From positions 62,001-126,000 of the forward strand of contig CAJNYD010000037.1 of the NCBI GenBank assembly GCA_905331295.1: 64,000 nt of DNA, read 5' to 3'. The notes under the pieces were generated by a model. It ran no database searches and was not told where the DNA came from. It saw only the letters and a list, made by a program, of their open reading frames with translations. Of this stretch, positions 57,787 to 64,000 are shown piece after piece (position 1 is the first letter of the stretch; each line of letters opens with the position of its first letter). Position numbers and translations under genes: made by a program. Source of the stretch: Rotaria socialis (lineage: Eukaryota).

Positions 57787-58322
57787 TGGTATATATTGAA
57801 TACGATCGTTTATAGATATCTTGACAACTATTGCTTGATTAACTGACAATGTCGTGAACGAAAAAAACAGGATATGAACTAAAAGGTTTTTCTTTTTCTG
57901 GCATTTTGACTTAGTAATTGCTCAGTAAGTGAAAAATCAGTTAGATTACTTGTTATTTTTTTGATGAAAACAGGGAACCCATTACGTGACAAGATATAAT
58001 CATGCCAGAATGAAATGTGTCACGCATCTTTTATTTCAATTAATATTTTAGATGTCTCCAAGGTTGTCAAAAAACATGGATGAACGTTGTTGTTGGCCAT
58101 GTTCTCATGATTTTCGTGCTTGTTCAAAATATTGTTCTTGTTCTATTTGAAAATACAAAATATTCTGTATATGAAAATGAAATGAACAATATTCTCTTGT
58201 AGGCAGCGAAGGTTTTTCTCGGTTAGTTTGATGTTATTTACATTTCACATAAAACATAGACAAAACAGGTAACGCTATTAGAATCTGTTCCGTGTAGAAT
58301 GAAGTATAAAATCACAGTTTTT

Positions 58323-61300
58323 CTAAATATTAACAAACTCAACTGAATAACCAGATTTGATTACAAATAAATTGTGTAGATTCAAAACAAGAAACAGAAT
58401 AATTGAAAGTAAATATGAGTTCGAAGCAGTATTTTGATAAAGAAGACTTGTATCAGGATTATAAACTGAAAGTAAAGAAATTAAACTTTAAAATTTTACA
58501 AGAATAATATTAAAAACTCACGTATCAAAAGTCGTCCATCATTATCTAACAGAAAAGACAACAGTAGAATAATAAATAATAGTAGCATAATTATAACTTA
58601 CCGAACCGAAATTCTGTTATTGGAGATGAATATTTGCCTTCGCCCCCAAGAGACCAAGCTTGTACACGTAATTTATAATTTCGATTGGTATATAAATTAT
58701 CAATTATCAGATTGTATATCGATCTATCAGCATAGTAAATAGTTGCATTACGAATTGACTGGTGATTTTCCCAAACTTTAACCTACAAAAACAAAAACGA
58801 CTTAGATCTGCTATCAACGTAAAAATGTTGTTGATCCTTTCTACCATGTATCCTTCTAGAGGTTCTTCATCGGCTGATGTTGATATTCCACGCCATTCAA
58901 CTTCTAATTTGTACATATAGACATCATCAAATAAACGAACACGCCTATCTTTTTCACTCTGTGGTTGTCGGATAGATATATATTGTGGTTGTGTTTGCGG
59001 TGATAAACGAAATGTTCGATGTGAAAAATAATCACTTTCAGGACTATCACCAAAGTGTGTATAAACAGAAACACGAACACAATATTCAACATTTGATTGA
59101 AGACCAATAATAATAGCGCGAGACCGTTGACCTGGAAAACGTCGTTCCCAATAATTTTGAAGCTCATCAACATCTTTACGCCAATAACGAACAGTATAGC
59201 CTATAAAAAAAACATTTTTCTAACGAATCAAAACTTTGAACTTTTGATTTTAATACCAAGTAAACTACCATGTAAAATTTCAAAATCATTTTCATCAATC
59301 ATATCCCAAGTTACAGTCAGTGCTGTGCTATTGTATGGATAACATTTAACATTTAAAACTTGACGTGTTGGGCGATCTTCAGCTGAACGCACCGTAACAT
59401 TACCAGATATAGGCCCTTCGCCAAGAGAATTAACAGCAGAAATACGAACATCATATGGAAAGTAATAAAGTTTATCGGCACTAATTGAATGAAAATAGAT
59501 TTTGTTTTTTCTTATCTCAAGATTCATTTAACTTACAGGTGCGTTATTAAAAAATTCCGAAGTGGATAAATTACATTGAAAATTTGTCGTCGATTTTCTC
59601 CTTTTTTTTGTACATATATTCGATAAGTTAAGTTGGGCCCATTCCAAAACTCCATTGGCAGTGGATTCCAAATTATTCTTAAATCACCCATTTTACCACC
59701 ACCTCCACCTAAATCAGTAGGTGCGAAGCCAGGAATATCTGGTTGTGTTGTACAAGTTGCTGATACGTCTGATCTTTCGCCAGATCCATACACATTTGTT
59801 GCAAATACACGAAAATTATAATCTGTAAATGCTGATAGACCCGATAATGTCATGGTAATAAACTTATTGAGTGGTAATGGTATTGAAAAATTTCCATGAA
59901 ACATCCACCATGAACGATAATTAGATAGAGACTCAACTGTATAATATAGTATTGGTGAGCCATGTTCACTGCCAACAACCCATGATAATGTTGTTTGACG
60001 TTGAAATGGGTTACTACAGCGTACACCAGCCACTGGACCTGGCGGTCCGAATACGTTCAATTGATAGAATGAGGTTTGTTTATCAATGGTTGTTTGTGCT
60101 ACACACGTATATAGTCCAGCATTACTATATTGAACTTCGACGATGCGTAGATCGCCTGGACGATCAAAATTATCCTGTTGAAAACGTCGATTATCAATAG
60201 TTAAAATTTCATTATTGAACCGCCAATGAAATGTTAAATCCATTTGATTTATTGAACGAGCATCACATGAAAGAACAATTGTTTGGTCTGCGATGGCATC
60301 ACGACTACCAGATGTTGACAACATTGTTGTACCTTCAAACATAACGTAGACAAATGTACTTTGTTGTGCAATACCATATGGATTTGTTGCTATACATGTA
60401 TAATTACCTAGAAATAGATTTAATAAAAATATAAAATCGAATCTTCGAATTATAATCATTTATGAAAGCAAGAACTGTTCGTTTTACTCTTACCAGAGTC
60501 AAATAATTGTACATTGAGTATAGCTAAATTTCCATTGGGAAATATTTGTATATTATTTGCCATAATTAACGGAATATTATTTTTAAACCATTGTATTTGT
60601 GGTTGAGGTGCGCCTTCTGGATGACAACTAATTGGAACTAAACTACCAATAACTGATCTTAATGTTGATGCCATTGTATTTCTACTAAATGTTGGTGCTA
60701 ACGTAATAATACGTACTTCAGCTGTACTGAAACGTTGTATATCACTTTGAACATTTGTTGCTGCACATTGATATATGCCATTGTCATAGACTTGTACATT
60801 CTTTATCATCAATTCATTATTTATTATTGTCAAACGTAGTTGTTGTTCTAATGTTAACCGATTGAAAACTATTTCTGTTGCATTTATAAACCATGAATAA
60901 CGTAATTGATCGAGTTCATTCGTGTATGCTTCACAATGTAACTGCAAAGTAGATCCAACATCAAGTATTTGATCTTCCAGTGGTGTAACGAAAACTGGAT
61001 CAATTTGTATTTGTAATGCAACAGATTCATGAACAACTGAGCGTGTATTTGAGGCTTCACAAATATATACACCCATATCGTCACGTTGCAAATTAGGTAT
61101 GATTAATTCACGATTATAATTATTTAAGATAACTTTCGATTGTAATGAAAAGAAATTACCACGAGCGTCTTGTCGAAACCAACGGTAACTCGGTATAGGA
61201 TATCCTTCTGATACACATTCAATTGAGATGTTTTCACCCAATTTAGGTAAACGTGTCATCGGAAAAATATGTGGAAAACTTGGAAATATACGTGGACCAC

Positions 61301-62989
61301 GTTCTTGTCCAAATGTTGAACGTACAACTAATTCTGTACCTTCACTCGTTTGAGATGGTAAATAACGTAAACGTGAATTCTTAGCCTGAACAGCACAATA
61401 ATATCTTCCTGCATCACCGTCAGTTACACGAGAAAAATATAAATTTCCATTTCGAGAAATAAAACGTTCAAGTGTTTGTTGTACTTTTTGATTGATTCCA
61501 CCTTTAAACCAAGCATAATTAAGCTAAAATAATCAAAAGAAAAAATATTGTTTTTTTTTCTTCAAAAATTCTAATTCTCATTTACATCGCCTGTATTTGT
61601 ATTTCTATATAAACAATCCATTATTGCATCACGATGGCCATGAGCAATTACATTTGGTCGTTCACGTTTTTCAAATCGATCGAGTACTAATAATAGAGGA
61701 ATTCATTATTGACTTTAGCTTTTGTCAATCAGAAAAAAAAGTTATTTCTACGCACTAATTTCACGCAAATGAACTCGATTACTAATTGCAGCACCATAGT
61801 AGTTTATTGCTTTACAAAAATATGTTCCACTATCTTCATTAGTGGGATTATTGATCTAAATAAACATTAGACAAATATATGTAAGTTTTCAACAAACAAA
61901 AGAATATTTTGTTTTACCATTAAGTTTCCACCATGTTGAAAAAAACGCGGATCAGTTAGATTTACTACTACGGCTTCTGATACAGAATTAGTTATCATTC
62001 GAAACCAACTAAAATCAAAGATATTTTTATAATTTTGACAATTTCATTATCTACATACTAATAATCAGCGACTGGATAGGCATCAGCTTGACATGTAAAT
62101 GTCACAATAATATGTAAAGATGCTCTAGCAATACCAAATGTACTTTCACTACCAAGTGTTATTTGATCAATATGTCCATATTCTTGATCTTGTGGTTGTT
62201 CATAAAACTTTGGTCCACGAGGAATAAAATACTCTTCAATGGTTGATGGAAGACCATATTCTACATAGATGATACAAAATCATATCGCAAATGAAGTCAA
62301 TCAAATCATACCAATTCCTCGGTAATCATCAAAAATACCATAGCTTTCTTGTAGTGGTACTTCGCAAATGAACGGTAAGGTTTCTGTTGATGCAATATCG
62401 TAAGGTAACCAACCCCATTGACTACCTTCATTGTTGTATAAAATGGCTATTTACTAAAAAACATTTATAAGAAGATTATTTTACTTTGATAAGCATAAAC
62501 AATAAAGGATCCTTTTTGTTTTTCTTCTTCAGTAAGTGGTAACCATCCTTGGTCGTATTGAAAATTAAATAAGCCAGATCTCTTAGTCCATTGCCAAATC
62601 AATCCATTGCGTTTACCACTTGTAATCCAACGTTGTGCAGATGGATCATTTTCAGTCAACCAATTTTGTATAAATAAATGTTCATCAAATGATTCAACAC
62701 TTAACAGATCTGTCTATGTAAATAATGTATGCCCAGATAAAAACAAATAACAAATAATCATATTTTAACTGACTGGACAATGCGAAACAGCACCACTATA
62801 AGTTTCTTGTGGAAAACGATAGAAACGATAGCACGATGATGTCCCAATAAATTCCTCCCAGCCATGCGGGCATTCTGTGTGTGTCAAAAAGAAAATAAAT
62901 CAAAGTATTTGTGGTCACTTACTTAGTATCTGTGCGAATATGAGTTGAAGAGCAAAAATGATCAACAAAGAAATTAGATGAAGATTCAT
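58323..62989 (-). CDS. CNTN: contactin, invertebrate type (C-type lectin + 6 Ig + 4 FN3 + hydrophobic/GPI-like C-terminus)
   Basis: Signal MNLHLISLLIIFALQL, C-type lectin CPHGWEELLGTSSCYRF...PFICE, RGPKFYEQP, six Ig domains (e.g. IECVSEGYPIPSYRW), FN3 repeats (GPPGPVAGV, LGGGGGKMGDLRIIWNPL, VRSAEDRP, EEPLEGY) and hydrophobic tail SYLLSIILFLVL. Confidence 0.92.
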
Positions 62990-63639
62990 TTAATATATTA
63001 TCTGATTTAGTCAGAGTTGAAAATATAATATTTCTCTATGTTCTATTAAAAAAAACATTCTGAATATAATACTTTAGCTAGATGGTGTGTGTATGGATCA
63101 TATAAATTGATATACAGTTATCGAGAGTACTCAGTTTGAGTATTACGACAGTCGTAAACGGTTGCATTTGAAGATGTATATAACTGTGGGCTTATATATG
63201 TGGCTTAGATAAAGACAGACATCACGATTATATTTCGTCATACCATACTGTCGAAAGTTTTCTTTACTGTTATCTGAATCAAAGTTAAAAAACTATTTTT
63301 TTCCAGCGAATTCATAATTTTACTAAAGATATTTTAGTTTGCAGAAAGAAATATGTATAAAAGCAAAACTATCTTGAGGGTATGGGTGTGGGTCAGGGCT
63401 CCTAATGGGATGGGATGAATTCCTAATTCCATGGGAAATGTGATTATTTTTTTAAAGAAAAATGATTATTCATTAATGTCACACTTGACAGTAGGTGAAA
63501 AGTGTGAATATTTTCATTCTTTTTCTGTACTGGTCATTAACCTAACTCCGAGCTCTATTCGAACAATTGAATAAAGAATACGATAAAACATAGAAAACAT
63601 AAATAAACATAAATGTTCTTTTTGTTTGAATGTTTTAAT

Positions 63640-63925
63640 AAAATATCATTATCTTTTGTTTTATAAATTGTTCAATATCACCTTCTATAATTATTTCTTC
63701 CTCATTATCATCCTTAGTTTCGGATAAACAGGAATATTCAGTTGAGAAAGTCAAATTTCGTTTACAACATCACAAGCAGAATTAAAAGGCATTGATAATG
63801 ATATTCCAACTAGGAATGCACCAATTTCTAGTACATGGTACGATAGATAAAATTTTTGCCTAATGTAGGAGGTAGTCGTCCTTTGATTCCGTTCCATATA
63901 TCAGCCAAGATCATCTTTTTCGATC
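63640..63925 (-). CDS. possible exons of an unidentified gene near the window edge
   Basis: Short segments MILADIWNGIKGRLPPTL / VGISLSMPFNSACDV / DDNEEEIIIEGDIEQFIKQ are separated by about 50-bp intron-like spacers, one with a GC donor. No recognisable domain. Confidence 0.3.
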
Positions 63926-64000
63926 TATGAAAAACTATGATCCAAATTTATTAAAGGTGAAAAAGGGTTTTTGGATTTGACTCCCAGTTCCAATTTGTAA

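Overview
AT-rich eukaryotic (animal) genomic DNA with dense, mostly 50-70 bp GT-AG introns and a few GC-AG introns. Intron size, composition and gene set suggest a bdelloid rotifer or similar small invertebrate; this is inference, not confirmed. I spliced about 15 protein-coding genes by eye: APRT, a UCP5/KMCP1-type mitochondrial carrier, a divergent bZIP factor, COP9 subunit 3, two RING-H2 E3 ligases flanking a BEN-domain gene, a PLAT-domain type I membrane protein, Na+/K+-ATPase alpha, a small secreted prohormone-like gene, Cramped/CRAMP1, a MATH-domain gene, a GH18 chitinase-like gene, an ADAMTS-like protease with PLAC/ShKT/EGF tail, a 4-TM tetraspanin-like gene (plus a partial second copy) and contactin. 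Non-autonomous DNA transposons are present: two hAT-type MITEs with 8-bp TSDs, a Mutator-like element carrying a FLYWCH fragment, and a Helentron/HINE-like element. The most notable candidate novelty is a three-exon, 110-aa neuropeptide-precursor-like gene at 39623-40081. It has a signal peptide, RQRR/RVKR/KR cleavage sites and a terminal Gly supplied by a last exon with only 7 coding nt, predicting the amidated peptide YPYSPKEDPDII-NH2. All gene models are manual and unverified by expression data.
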